64,000 nt of DNA from Octopus vulgaris (GCA_951406725.2 OX597830.1:44392001-44456000); one strand, 5' to 3'; counted from the stretch's first letter, positions 39,782 to 53,905 are shown. Program-made: numbers and translations. Notes: generated by a model from the sequence alone, not told the origin.

Positions 39782-39907
39782 TATATAGAAGGAGCTTCTA
39801 CAGGACTAGAACTGTTTCATTCAAGAGAAATCTTCAGGAAGCTTCCTGAAGATTTCTCTTGAATGAAACAGTTCTAGTCCTGTAGAAGCTCCTTCTATAT
39901 AATAAAT
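39776..39907. repeat. Perfect 132-bp spacerless palindrome
   Basis: Centred on AAGCTT (39839-39844). Arms contain CTGAAGA...GAAAC...GTC. Confidence 0.9.
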
Positions 39908-40004
39908 TAATTTTACTCTGCTATGTATTGAGTACCTTATTTACTGTGGTTAACCCCGAATCAACCCGGGACCTACATATATAATATATATATATATATT
40001 ACAT

Positions 40005-40385
40005 CGTCGTACTCGGTCGGTTACGACGACGAGGATTCCAGTTGATCCGATTAACGGAACAGCTTGCTCGTGAAATTAACGCGCAAGTGACTGAGCACTC
40101 CACAGACACATGTACCCTTAATGTGGTTCTCGGGAAGATTCAGTGTGACACAGAGTGTGACAAGGGTGGCCCTTTGAAATACAGGTACAACAGAAACAGG
40201 AAGAAAGAGTAAGAGAAAGTTGTGGTGAAAGAGTACAGTTGAGTTCGCCACCAGCCCCTGCCGGAACCTCGTGGAGCTTTAGGTGTTTTCGCTCAATAAA
40301 CACTCACAACGTCCGGTCTGGGAATCGAAATCGCGATCTTATGACCGTGAATTTGCTGCCCTAACAGCTGGGTCATTGTGCCTCC
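40005..40385 (-). mobile_element. SINE-like repeat family D
   Basis: tRNA-like head on - (GGTCATAAGATCGCGATTTCGATTCCCAGAC). CpG-rich relative to flanks. Confidence 0.5.
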
Positions 40386-40482
40386 CCACCCACAGAGACA
40401 CACACATATATACGTATATATATATATTTGTATATAAATACACACGCATTATCTATGTATGTGTGTGTGTATATATATATAT

Positions 40483-40699
40483 ACTCTTTTACTCCTCTAC
40501 TTGTTTCAGTCATTTAACCGTGGCCATGCTGGAGCACTGCCTTTAGTCGAGCAAATCAACCACAGGACTTATTCTTTGTAAGCCTTGTACTTATTCTATC
40601 GGTCACTTTTGCCGAACCGCTAAGTTACGGGGACGTAAGCACACCAGCATCGGTTGTCAAGAGATGTCTGGGGGCGGGGGAACAAACATAGACACACAA

Positions 40700-40774
<75 letters not shown>

Positions 40775-40930
40775 TACGACGGGCTTCTTTCAGTTTCCGT
40801 CTACCAAATCCACTCACAAGGCTTTGGTCGGCCCGAGGCTATAGTAGAAGACACTTGCCCAAGGTGCCACGCAGTGAGACAGAACTCAGAACCATGTGGT
40901 TCGAAAGCAAGCTACTTACCACACAGTCAC
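40483..40930 (-). mobile_element. SINE family A
   Basis: Full family match. Confidence 0.85.
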
Positions 40931-40988
40931 TATTTGTATATGTATATTTGTATATCTATATATATTTGTATACCTATATATATATATG

Positions 40989-41034
<46 letters not shown>

Positions 41035-41288
41035 CATATATATACGTATGCATGTATCTATGTATGTATATATCTGTGTGTGTGTGTGTCTCTATTACTC
41101 TACCACCCATGTCGTTTGGCAACAGATGTTGGGCGTGTTCACGCAATTTAGCGGTTCGGTAAAAGAGACCAATTGAATAAGTACATGGCTTAAAAACAAA
41201 GAAAAGCCCTGTGGTTGATTTCTTCCACTAACCTCCTTTAAGGCGGTGCTCTAGCATGACCACCGTCAAATGACTGAAACAAGTAAAA

Positions 41289-41513
<225 letters not shown>

Positions 41514-41523
41514 CACACACACA

Positions 41524-41556
<33 letters not shown>

Positions 41557-41581
41557 CACATATATATACACACACACACAC

Positions 41582-41624
<43 letters not shown>

Positions 41625-41911
41625 ACTCACACATATATATAAATTTAAATAATCCCCAAATGGAGAAATTTTTTGATCAACAAACAAGCATACTGGACCA
41701 CATCTGTAGATTATTTTTTTAATACAAGACATGACATCACATTTCTGTGACATAACTGTAATGTCTTGTCATGCTTTTGTATTAAAAAATAATCTACAGG
41801 GAGATCATAGGTAACTGATAGCGATAGTAAATATGGATATTTTTATCCCTTAGTCGGTCACTATAACCGCTATACGCTTGCATGTGTGCATACGAATGTG
41901 CGTTTGTGTAT

Positions 41912-41944
<33 letters not shown>

Positions 41945-42385
41945 CTAGTTAAGTTGAATGTGTAGGTGGACTAAAAAAATGCCACATTCCCCTAAAACTG
42001 CAATTCTTTCGAAACAATTTTAAGAATGTCCAGATTGTTCGTGCATTTAAGTGTGTGATCCTCCGATGTATCCCATACGCTATTCCAAAATATTTGTTGA
42101 GGATGGGAATGTTAACCCTTTGCGTGTGTCGTATCACATATGATACGCAAGACACATCTCCCTGGAGCTCATGCATCATATATGTTATACATTCACAATG
42201 TTTCCTAACCACTAGAGTAAGCTGGAACTTGGGAAAAACATATAAAAAACATAAACTCACTAAAAGTCTGAAAACATGGATTTGATTTTGCGGTCTTACG
42301 TCAAGCATATTCATTAATTAAAACACGTTTGTTTCGTAGTTTTACTTAACAGCTTAAAGTTAAATTAGAATTGAGAAACTGTACA

Positions 42386-42592
42386 AGGCGGCGAGCTGGC
42401 AGAAACGTTAAGATACCGGGATAAATGTTCAGCAGTATTTTGTCTGTCATTACGTTCTGATTTCAAATTCCGCAGAAGTCGAGTTTGCCTTTCATCCTTT
42501 CGGGGTCGATAAAGTAAGTACAAGTTGCGTAATAGGGTCGATCTAATCGAGTGTCTCCTGCCACAAAATTTCGAGCCTTGTACCTAGAAAAG
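42386..42592 (+). mobile_element. SINE family B
   Basis: Family head and core. Confidence 0.8.
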
Positions 42593-43699
42593 AAAAATAA
42601 TTGAGAAACTGTACATACTAATAATTTCCTATTTGATTTGAAGAAGATGATTAGTATTAGGAAACCTATTACATGTTAGTAATTAAGTTATTCATTCAAC
42701 CAATTTTATTTACGAGGAAGATATGTATTAAGTTCAATACTGGCTTTAATGCATCAAAAAACGGAAATAGAATGGTAAATCTAATGATTAGCATTCAGTG
42801 AAGATAAAGCAAATCTGTTCATTTAACGTTGCCATTTTATTTAATTATTGTAATTTATTTAGTTTGAACTGTGTTGGATCTCTGAAATATTCTGAGCATT
42901 GAATCAACTTTAAACACCTAATTATTCATAAAAGTTGAACGTAATACAATACTGTGCTATATAACTTTAGTACTATAATAATACTCTTTACGTGGGTCTC
43001 TTGACAATGCGAGATCCGTAACCGTATGCTAGATTAACCGAATTAATTCAATGAATAATCTTTCGATTTCTTCATACACCTCTTTGCAATGAGTTTGATC
43101 TGGGACTAAACTCACACAAAAGGACAAATGTCTACGGAGTTTCTCTTTCTAAAAATAATATTACTGGATAATTGCTTTACTTATTTAATGTCCATGAATT
43201 TCAATTCAATATAGTCTGTACATACAAATCACACATCCTATTCCTCTCCAAGATACAACCCTTCCTCTCCTTATCTGTAACCCTTCACTTCTGTCCAGGT
43301 TACACTGTAAACTAAAACCTCTATTCTAAAAGGCGGTGTCAGCACATACGTATATTCTACTTTCTCTTCAATTCACCTCCCTCATCTGCTCATCCGCAAT
43401 AACATTTCGATATATCTTTTCCTGAGTCAAACACAATTCTCTCACTTTAGTCCTCTCTGAAATTATCGTTTTCAGTCGCTTCAATGCTTTCAAGTGTCTT
43501 TGGTTTCCAATTTTAATATCGCCGGAGATACAAAACCTCAATTTTACACAGTCCTCAACTATGTTTATGAATACGTTTCGTCTGCTACACGCATCCATGA
43601 TAAATACTTAGATATTTCAAATACAGTTGTTTTTTTTTTGTCTCTGTCTCTGTATCTCGTGGTTTGACTGAATACTGATTCATCGCTACTCCCCACCAC

Positions 43700-45490
43700 A
43701 CATCTACATAATATTCCCCCACCACCATCATTGATTTCTATGGTACTTCAGCTCAAATGGCGAGTTGGGGCTCCATTCGTGCTATCCATAGCTATCCATG
43801 GCAGTATATATGCTTCGCCCTCGATCATTTAGAAGCAGTGAAGCGGGTGACTGAAACCACCCGCTTAACCATAATTCACAGTTTCTGGTCCCCGAATTGG
43901 TTCAATAATAGCTGTGCTGCAGCAGACTAGACGAAGAAAACGACCAACAACTCTTGGAGCAAAGCTCATACCACCCGGAAGTGGACGACGGTTCTTGTCC
44001 AGCACCGCAACTCCTTTAAGACAATCATACGAAGTACAAGAAATAATCCCATATATCACACAACTTACGAACATCCCCAAACTGTAACCTTTCCTTTAAC
44101 TCTCTGACCCAAAGAATCTTTACAACATCAAGAAATCATCCTCTCCTCCACTTCTCAATCACAATAATTCTCTCCGCTTTGAATCCAGCTCCGCACTGCA
44201 CACACGAGGTAAGATTCACCCCAAACCTTCCCTTCAGGTTCAGAACTACGTAATCAACAATACAAGCACAAAAACACTTTCAGTCGCTCCACACCCATAA
44301 GGTTGCCATCCCTTACAAAATAACTCACCTATTACCCTAAAACAATCAACCTCACAGCTGGCCTCTATCTTCACCAATCTCCTTTCCCCTCTTCACCATA
44401 CACTCTCGATCTGCCTGTCTGCCTCTTTCCTCTCTCTCTCTCTCATTCCCTCTTGCTCTCTCTTTGAGGATATCCCGCTCTTTGGAAACATGGTACAGGA
44501 TATCCATGCTACAGGGTGTCCCATTCCGGAGAAGGCAAAGCACTTACTCGGTTAACTATTTTCCTACCGAACTTGCTTCCAACATCTCAAAGATGATGAG
44601 AAAGTCATTAACAGTCATATTCCCCAACACCTTCAACCCCTTTCTCTCTTTAAGGGCTATTAAGAAGGTTCTAAACCATTCTGAGGACCGACTCTTCTAT
44701 TGAGGATCGACTCTTTTATGTTGCCCACCCGGAAATATCTCACAATGTGGTCATGTCGTTCCTGTCTCCTTCAATAGCACAAAAGGCACAATCACCACAT
44801 ATATCAAGTAAAAAGAATTACCCCGCTTACCTCTCAACATGAAGAGCACGCAACTAAAGCCTTCAAAGTTGCTGCAAATGCTAGGCATCGCAATCACTGA
44901 CGATCTCTCCTGGTGAATACACATCTTCACTATAACAGCTTTCCTCTTCACAACCAGAAAATACTTAATCACCTAATAACTATCAACCGTGTAGGAAACT
45001 TAGATCACAATACTGCCCTCACTTCCCTGACGGTTCAGCTGAAATATTGACATCCTACTTAGAGAACATCAAAAATATAAAATAAACAAGTCAACCGACT
45101 GATTGGCTTCGCGTGGCTGACTGACCCACTTAAACCTCAGGCACAAACTTATTTGTTTCTTCTCTTTGATCTTTCTAACTCTACTTTAGAGGTATGTATT
45201 TCTCGAAGCTGGCTGGTCCCGTACTTCCTTCACTCAGACACTCTTAACTCACCCAGCTCTCCTTTCATGCACCTCTAATTTCTTTCCAGACATTCATCTC
45301 CAACTCTATCTTCCTCAGATCATTGGTCCCCTGGAATGCCAATCCTGCGCATGCTATTCCTGTAGTTGTCGACTTTCAAATGTTCCAGAGGAACATTAAA
45401 CGCTTTGATCTCACCAGTCTCGGAGAACCCTGTGATTTCCAAGAGTCCAAGCACTTGATTTTCACGAGCACAGAAAGTATAATAAAAATA
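43700..45490 (+). mobile_element. Highly decayed CR1/Jockey-group LINE
   Basis: C-rich sense strand. Relic motifs LGIAITDDLSW*IHI (~44880) and RSLVPWNANPAHAIP (~45320). Confidence 0.5.
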
Positions 45491-46196
45491 AGCGAATATT
45501 TGGTCACCATGTAATATTTGTTCAATTCTCGTCTTGCATGAATTGTATGTCTTACTTCTTTACGAAAATCTTTATTGCTGTTCAGTAAAAGAGACAAAGA
45601 TCCTTCCCAAGTTATACAAACTCATACGGGCTGGCTTTCCGGTTTCCGTGGTGCATATATACATTTAACCCCTGGACAGGACGCCAGTTCTTCGCAGGGT
45701 TATTCATCTTTACCAGCTGAGTGAACTGGAGCAATGTGAAACGGAGTGATCCGCTCAAAGACACAACGCATTGCCTGGTCCAGGAATCGAAACCACAATC
45801 TTTCGATCATGATTCCACTATGTCCTTACCACTATGTCCTTACCACTTTGTCCTTGCCTCTATGTCCTTACAAAATATGTCTAGCACTTTGTTTTCATCG
45901 AACCCCAGAAATATAAAATGCAAAGTTAAGTTGGACGGTTTTGAACTCAGAAGGAAAGTTTGTAGCAGAATTCCATAAAATATTTGTCTAACGCTGGTGA
46001 TACTTGATGCGTAAGAGAATGTTCTGGATAGAGTTTCAGTTATTCAAGACATTTCACTTTTATTTGGTACCTTTGACATAAAAATATAATTTCATTCATT
46101 TGTAATTTATTTGTTTCTGTAATTCATATTCTGACAATATTTTTTCAAAATTAATTTCAGTTTCTAGGAATTTAATTATTGTTTACTGTATTTCAG

Positions 46197-47213
46197 GTGG
46201 AAAGTGGATACAAAGGCGGCTATGTTGGAAATGACGTTAAAAGCAAGAGAGGAGACTTTACCTTAAAATACCCTATTGAACGTGGTATCATAACCAACTG
46301 GGATGATATGGAAAAGATTTGGCATCATATATTCAAGAACGAGTTGAAAGTTTCACCCGAAGAGCACCCTGTCTTTATGACCGAGACTGTTAATAACCCT
46401 AAGGCCAACAGAGAAAAGATGACGAAAATTATGTTTGAAAAATTTAACATCCCTGGCATGTATTTAGGTATACAGTCTGTATTGTCCCTTTATGCTTCTG
46501 GTCGTACGACAGGCATTGTTATTGAGTGTGGGCATGGCACCACCCATATTGTCCCCATATATGATGGGTACACCCTGGCTCAGGCAGTCACACGTCTTGA
46601 TTTTGCTGGTAAAGACTTGACAGATTACCTGAGAAAGATCTTGGTTGATAGTGGCTTAACTTTTGCATCAACTGCTGAGAGAGAAACCATTCGAAATATC
46701 AAAGAAGGTTTATGCTATGTTGCCCTAGACTACGAACAGGAAATGAAAACTGCAAACTCCTCTTCATCTCTGGAAAAGAGTTATACGTTGCCCGATGGAC
46801 AAGTCATCTCTATGAATCGAGAAAGGTTCCAAGCATCAGAAGCTTTGTTTAAGCCATCTTTAATTAATATCGAATCTACTGGTATTCATCAAGCAACTTA
46901 CAATTCAATCATGAGGTGTGATATCGATGTTAGGAAAGATATGTATGCCAACGCTGTATTGTCCGGTGGTTCCACAATGTACCCAGGTATTGCTGATCGC
47001 ATACAGAAGGAAATCAGTGACCTTGCACCACCCACCATGAAAATTAAGGTCATTGCTCAACAAGATCGTGAAAACTTTGCATGGATTGGCGGTACTCTGT
47101 TGCCTTCTCTGTCCACTTTTGAAAAACAGTGGATTACCAAGCAGGAATACGACGAAGCTGGCCCACAAATCATCCACAAAAAATGCTGTCAACCGATAAT
47201 CGATAACGAATAG
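46197..47213 (+). CDS. Divergent actin, coding exon 2 (aa 42-379, stop TAG)
   Basis: Acceptor TATTTCAG|, phase 0, compatible with exon 1. Open frame with actin signatures [59 protein letters not shown]. Candidate AATAAA at 47707 and 47845. Confidence 0.95.
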   Translation: MESGYKGGYVGNDVKSKRGDFTLKYPIERGIITNWDDMEKIWHHIFKNELKVSPEEHPVFMTETVNNPKANREKMTKIMFEKFNIPGMYLGIQSVLSLYASGRTTGIVIECGHGTTHIVPIYDGYTLAQAVTRLDFAGKDLTDYLRKILVDSGLTFASTAERETIRNIKEGLCYVALDYEQEMKTANSSSSLEKSYTLPDGQVISMNRERFQASEALFKPSLINIESTGIHQATYNSIMRCDIDVRKDMYANAVLSGGSTMYPGIADRIQKEISDLAPPTMKIKVIAQQDRENFAWIGGTLLPSLSTFEKQWITKQEYDEAGPQIIHKKCCQPIIDNE

Positions 47214-48321
47214 GTATTGTTAAAAGTACCGTAACTTTAAGAAAAATACTAAGTTTTCTTTATACTTTCTTTTGGCGTGTTTTTTAAATACATTTCTTAA
47301 GCAACTGAATTGTAATATCTGAAGAGGGTTCGTGTGTTATGTATGTGCTTGGGTGTGTGTGCATGTGTATGAGGACGTGTGTATCTCTAGTAAAAGAACT
47401 TGAAAAAAACAAACAACAACGTTTATATGTTAGTAAGGAAGAGTATAAACTCAGACAAGAGATATAAACTTGAGAAGCGGTATGTGGTGAAACTAGAGGA
47501 CTACATAACTTTCGAAATACTGACATAGGGAAAGAAGGCAAGTAAGTGATGTTAACTGATGGGGCGTTTAACATCACTTTCATCCTTCATTTTCACCCTT
47601 TTCATCCTTTTATCATACAATTATGTTTTTGTTTTAATTTTAATTTTTGATGTTTTGTGTCCCCAATGTGTTGTGATGTACCCCTCTATATAAACCCTTT
47701 ATGGGAAATAAAAAAATAGTGTGTATCTCTAGCATGTGTATATAAGATGTTTTCCTAGTTTAATGTTAACAATTGAGCGTTCATCTTTCGGGAGCTCAAT
47801 ACAGTTACTGAATACGTATTTCCTTCCCTACTTTTTTTTTTACTAATAAATGATGATTTATCTTTTACATATTTAATGCAAGGGAAGTCAAAAAAGTTAA
47901 CTAGAAATTATTATATTAGTAAGGAAAAACAATATCGTTCATCGACTGATATTGTTTTTGAATTATTCTCTAAGTATGGGAGACTGCTTCAGGGATGTTA
48001 CGATCTCATAACATCGTCATTGTCTTATGTAATAAAGAAGCGAAAGGAGAATCTATTTTTGTTGTTGTTGTTGTTTTAGATGTGAAATGCAGTAAACTGT
48101 AAACAGGTCGGCATGGAAACCAGACTTGTTTAAAGAATGAAGAACTAAAATGTGTGATATCGATGTTAAAGAAACATATGTAAGTCAACACCATATAGAC
48201 GCTTTCTGTACGAAAGAAGTGAAGTTAGTATTAACGTATTTAATACAAAGAGGAGAATCAAAACAGAAAAATAGACATAATCATGCAGTAAGAAAAAACA
48301 AAAATATATTCGTTATTGACA

Positions 48322-48383
<62 letters not shown>

Positions 48384-48387
48384 TATT

Positions 48388-48583
48388 AAGGTGGTGAGCT
48401 GGCAGAATTGATAGCACGCTTAGTGGTATTTCGCCTGTCGCTACGTTCTGAGTTCAAATTCCGCCGAGGTCAACTTTGCCTTTCATCTTTTCGGAGTCGA
48501 TAAAATAAGTACCAGTTGAACACTGTGGTCGATGTGATCTACTCATCCCCATCTTCCTATGCTGCCATTGTGGCAAAAATTGA

Positions 48584-48585
<2 letters not shown>
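48388..48585 (+). mobile_element. SINE family B
   Basis: Family core, lying between (TAT)n and (AAT)n. Confidence 0.8.
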
Positions 48586-48615
<30 letters not shown>

Positions 48616-48629
48616 TAATAATAATAATG

Positions 48630-48960
48630 ACAGAACGATCCAGGCTAATCGACCAGGCATAATTATTAAAGACAGAGAAGAAAAAACTTGTACACTAATA
48701 GATGTAAATGTTTTTTCTGCTAAAAATACATCTGTCAAAGAATTTGACAAACTAAGTAAATATAAGGACCTGGAAATTGAAATACAAAAGATGTGGCATC
48801 TTAAAACGAGAATTGTTCCTGTTATTGTAGGTTCCTTAGGTATGATAAAAAAGGGATGTCAGAAACATTTAGATAAGCTCCCAAGAGAACCATGTCTCAG
48901 AGAAACCAAAACGATTGTGCTGAGACAAGTACTACCCATATCCTTAGAAAAACCTACCCA
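48630..48960 (+). mobile_element. R4/Dong-like LINE 3' end (REL endonuclease)
   Basis: ANRPGIIIKD...LIDV...KEFDKLSKYKDLEIEIQKMWHLKTRIVPVIVGSLG. Related piece at 53370-53495. Confidence 0.8.
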
Positions 48961-49234
48961 CTTAAATGTCTGTGTTGTATAACATGAAGATATTTAACTA
49001 CCTCCCTCCACAAACTTTCAGTCATACTGTAACATATCTTATCCGTCACTCGCCCCAAGATGCAAGTGGCTGTGACAAACATGCAAATTAAAAGTAAAAA
49101 TAATAATAATAATCCTTTCTACTGGAAGCACAAGGCCTCAAATTTAGGGGAAGGGATCGAGTCCCGACAGTACGCAAGTGGTGATTTATCGACCCCGAAA
49201 GGATGAAAGGCAAAGCCGAACTCGGCGGAAGAAA

Positions 49235-50512
49235 GGGATATTGGATATTGGAAATGGATAAATTGATGGAGAAAGAAATGACGGGAAAATTTAAGGTAGA
49301 GTACTTGCGCAGACTAAGATTGATCCTTAAGTCGAAATTAAACGGACGGAATAAGATTGAAGCCATCAACACCTGGGTGGTTTAACTATTTAGATATGGA
49401 GCAGGGGTAATCGTATGGACAGTAGACGAACTAAACAGCTTAGACAGAAAGACAAGGAAGTTGCTGACTAGATATGGGATACTCCACCCAAATAGTAACA
49501 CAGACAGACTGTATGTACCAAGAAAAAGAGAGGGAAGAGGACTGATTGGATGCGAACACAGCATTAGAGCAGAAGAAAACAACATAGCATGGAATGTAAA
49601 AAATGTCACAGAACCGCTATTATTGGAAACAAGAAGCTCAGGCTTGTGTAAGATGGAAGATTGCAAAGATAAAGCACTGTAGAAGGATTTGAGAATGAAT
49701 GAAACTGGAAATAGATGGAATAAGAAAAGAATGCATGGACAATTTCATTGGGATGTTGAAGATAAGACACGGAGAGAAAAAAGATGGTTATGGATGACTA
49801 AAAGTGATTTAAAACGGAAACGGAGGCTTTAATCTGTGCTGCCCAAGAGCAAGCATCAAGGACCAATTACATCAAATACAGAAAGTGATAAGTGTAGAAT
49901 TTGTGGACAAAATAGTGAAACTGTATAGCATATTACCAGTAAATGTACGCCACTAGCCCAGAAAGAATATAATAGACGTCATGACAATATAGTAAGGACT
50001 GTCCATTGGACACTTTGCAACACGTATGGACTTGACAGAGCAAAAAAAGTAGTACGAACATAAAACCCGAAGGCATCATCGGAAATGATAATGCAAAGAT
50101 TCTATGGGACTTTAAGATTCAGTGCAACCATGAGATAGAGAATAGGCAACCAAATATAGTGTTAACTGAGAAAGAAAGTAAACGATGCTGGATCATAAAT
50201 ATAGCATACCCAGCGGACAACAAGGTATGCGATAAGGAAGAAAGAAAAGTCGATAGATATAACAAGTTAACTTCAGATGTTGAGCAGTTGTGGTCGCTGA
50301 AAAAGGTGGTCGTAGTACCAATAATTGTCGGAGTCCTTGTCTTGAGAAGTAAATGGAACAAATAGGGGCTGCAATAAGGGTGGAGTACTTGTAGAAAACA
50401 GCACTGCTTGGAGCTGCTCGAATACTCCGGATGGTGCTCGAAAAATAAGGGGTGTTACTTTAGTTCACTGGTAGTGATCAGCTGACACCGTAATACATAT
50501 CCAGCGTTAGAA
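49235..50512 (+). mobile_element. R4/Dong-like LINE, RT thumb + CCHC + REL, decayed
   Basis: KLNGRNKIEAINTW, RLYVPRKREGRGL, MHGQF, CRICGQNSETV*HITSKC, RRHDNI, NRQPNIV. (AAT)n tail. Confidence 0.85.
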
Positions 50513-50519
50513 TAATAAT

Positions 50520-50716
50520 CTTTTCTACTCTTGGAACAAGGCCCGAAATTTTGGGGGATAGTGCCAGTCGATTAGATAGACGCAACTGGTACTTAATTTA
50601 TCGGCCCGAAAGGATGAAAGGCAAAGTCGACCTCGGCGGAATTTGAACTCAGAACGTAAAGACAGACGAAATACTGTCAAGCCCGGCGTGCTAGCGTTTC
50701 TGCCAGCTCGCCGCCT
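50520..50716 (-). mobile_element. SINE family B
   Basis: Family core. Confidence 0.8.
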
Positions 50717-50807
50717 TCCCGTTTTAAATAATAATATCACAACAAATGTGTTGAGTGCACTTTTCCTTCGTTTACCTATTCATTCTTATATGTATATGTG
50801 TATGTGC

Positions 50808-50866
<59 letters not shown>

Positions 50867-51210
50867 CGTGTGCGTGTGTGTATGAGTTTATATATGTGTG
50901 TATATGTATGTATTCAATAACTATGTGCGTATGCTTGCGTTTGTCACCCGGTGCTGGTTTGTTTACGTACCCTAACTTTGCAGTTCAGACAAGGGGCCGA
51001 TAGTATAAGTACCGGGCTCAAAAAGGAAGTCCTGGGATTTATTTGTTCGACCATACCCTTCAAGGTGGTGCTCCACCATGGCCGCAGTCCAGTGTTAGAA
51101 ACAAATATAACATATGTATGCATGTGTGAGAATGTATGTGTGCATGTATGTATGTATGCATGGATGGATGGATGGATGTGTTTTTCTGTCTGTCTGTCTG
51201 TATTTATGTA

Positions 51211-52536
51211 TTGGGTTGGCAACTAAGTTGCCACCGGTTTTTTAAATTTAAATTTTTTAAAAGGTTTAATAAAAATTAACAACTAATTAATTAATAATGT
51301 ATTCACCCTTGTTGTTTACAACTTCTTCCCAACGTTCAACAAAATTTTCAATACCTCGTTGGTAGAAATCACCCGATTTCGACTCGAAAAATGATCCAAC
51401 CAAACTCTCAATTCTGCATCAGTATTGAGCAAAACTCCGCGCATAGCATTTGAAAGAGATTGAAAGAGGTGGAAATCCGTTGGTGCCAAATCAGGAGAGT
51501 ACAGCGGGTGTGGCAGCACTTTCCAGCCATGTCATAACTGGAAAGTGCTGTTTGAATGGCTTCCTTGGTCATATTGGCGATATGAGGGCGGGCGTTTTCG
51601 TGCAGCAGAAAAACTCCATGCTGCCGATTAGGTCTTTTCTCTTGAATAGCCGTGTTGAGGTAGTTCCATCTGTTGAACATAGAGTTTCGCGTTGACCGTT
51701 TGGTTCCGATCAAGCAATTCGTAATGGATAATCAGTTCCCAGTCCCACCATAAGCACAACATCGTTTAACGCGGATGAAGATCTTGTTTCACGCGCGGTG
51801 TCGCTTGTTTACCTGGTCTAAGCCATTCCTTACACTGCTTCATATTGATGTACAGGCACCATTTTTCGTCGCCAGTAACGATTCGGTAAAGAAATCGTTG
51901 CTTGTGTCCATGAGTTGAGCGGTGACGAGCAAGCAAACCAGCGGAGATTGTGAGTCGTTGACTTTTGTTGTTGTCACTTAAAGCATGCAGAACCCATGCT
52001 CCATACTTCTGAACCTTTCCCATCGAGTGAAGATGCTTCTCTATTACAGTGTGGGAGCACTCCCTTGTCGTTTGACGAGAATTTTCGTGCAAAAGTTGGT
52101 TTAATCGCTCTTCATCGAACTCAACTGGAAGGCCAGAACGAGGTGCGTCTTTGAGATCAAAATTTCCATTTTTGAACTTGGCATACCAATCACGAGCGAT
52201 TCTTTCAACTATGGCACCCTCTCTACACACAGCACAAATGTCGCGAGCGGCTTTTGCGATCTTAGAACCTTAATTAAAAGCAAAAGGTGGTGTCGAAAAT
52301 GCTCGTTTTTCTTAACTGGTCTTAACTTGACATTCCATTTTATTGATCTGAAAATAAACAAAAATTAACTAAAATTAAGTAGAAAAACAAAACAACAAAC
52401 AAACAAACAAAATAGATTCCAAAATGATTCAAAAATAGAATTCTCGAAAAAAAATAGATTCCAAAATTTAAAAACGCAATAAATTCCAAAATAATAATAA
52501 TAATAAAAAACGGCGGGAACTTAGTTGCCAACCCAA
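51211..52536 (-). mobile_element. Full-length mariner transposon (mellifera-like), transposase pseudogene ~52338-51288
   Basis: TIRs TTGGGTTGGCAACTAAGTT / AACTTAGTTGCCAACCCAA with TA flanks. Motifs RSGLP, WVLHAL, TGDEKW, HENARPH, YSPDLAPTDF spread over several frames. Confidence 0.95.
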
Positions 52537-52541
52537 TAGAT

Positions 52542-52963
52542 CAGGCGTGAGCAACGTTTTGCTCGCGAGCAATTTCTGCGCGGCCTTCGGCGTCTTGTCT
52601 TGATTTCCAGTAGGTGCGTCCAGCGGCACATTTCTCGTGACCTGCTGGGATTTATTGAATCGACGGCAAATTTAACAGAGCCAGTCAGCGGCCGTCTTCT
52701 CCGCAGCCAGAACAGCATCCTACTTTCCAGATACTCCTGGCCTCCTCTTCCATGAAGCCGGACATTGACTATCTGTTTCAAAGAATCACCAGCTTTCACA
52801 TTAATCGTTTCAGATTGTGATTACAGCAACTCTTAAGAAAGGTTCGATTTACATTTATTATCATTGATTTTGTGTGTTTGTTATTTTATCAGGTTGGGAG
52901 GGAGTGCGGCCCGCGAGGTGGCCTAGAAGTGATCCGAGATCTGATTTAGTTTGCCGACACCTA
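52542..52963. mobile_element. hAT (Charlie-like) non-autonomous element
   Basis: Ends CAGGCGTGAGCAAC / GTTTGCCGACACCTA with internal GCGGCCCGCG. Reconstructed TSD ATGTAGAT/ATTTAGAT. Confidence 0.6.
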
Positions 52964-53635
52964 ATTTAGATAATAACCAAACATGTCATTAAAAATATAT
53001 TTTGCTTTCTTACAAAAAATAAATATGTTAAACAAAAAAAAAAACTTCTGTCCAAGGGAAAATACTCCTTATTTAATACAATTTTGATGAAGGGTTGTTT
53101 CCCTTTCATCTGATTTATTTTCTTCTTTGTTTTTGTCGACTTTTAACTTGTTTTTGAGAAGTAATATAATCTCTTTCATTTTATCAGTGTTGATAAAATT
53201 ACCAATCAAGTACAAGTCCACCATCACTGATCCGACATCATCAGGGACTGAAGGATGGTGGATTAGTGATTTGGGCGAATTACATAGTAGTTAAGCTAGA
53301 ATTTATTGATATTGGTATTAAGATGCAGTGTTCTATGCCTCTTTCTCAACTAGATTCTGATCATCTGAACCTGTTGATAAAAAAGGGATGTCAGAAACAT
53401 CTAGATAAGATCCCAGAAGAACCATGCCTCAGAGAAATCCAAAAGATTGTGCTGACAAGTACAGCCCACATCATTAGAAAAATCCTATCCATCTAAACAG
53501 TAGCCCCACCAGCACCATTAGCACCACCAACACCACCAGCATCACCAGCGCCACCAACACCACAATCACCACCAGCACCAGAAGCAACACTAGCACCAGT
53601 AGCACCACTAGCATCACTAGCACCACCAACACCAC

Positions 53636-53905
53636 TTGCTTTGCGGCAACCATCAAGCATATTGCATACTTGGACATAATAGCCCCTATTGAAGAAATAG
53701 CCATAAAGGTACCGAAAGCTCAGGGAAATGAACTAAGGTGGAAAGCAAAGCATGTACTTGAAAAAGCAAAACTTCCTCAACCAAACATCAGTAAAGAAGA
53801 AAAGTTCACTATGAAAAGACTACAGAGTGACAATTCTATCATAATACTTCCAGTGGACAAAGGAAATGCTACAGTAGTGATGAACAAGTCTGACTACTCT
53901 GAAAA
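53636..53905 (+). mobile_element. Penelope-like element RT N-terminal fragment
   Basis: PNISKEEKFTMKRLQSDNSIIILPVDKGNATVVMNKSDYSEK contains the Penelope-typical DKG motif in context. Confidence 0.85.

Noticed and set aside
46179-46196. TTG start of the 344-aa actin ORF
   Set aside because: It is intron sequence before the acceptor; the real N-terminus is at 38687.
53219-53262. Hairpin containing CTGATGA on minus
   Set aside because: No GAAA/stem II partner, so not a supportable hammerhead.
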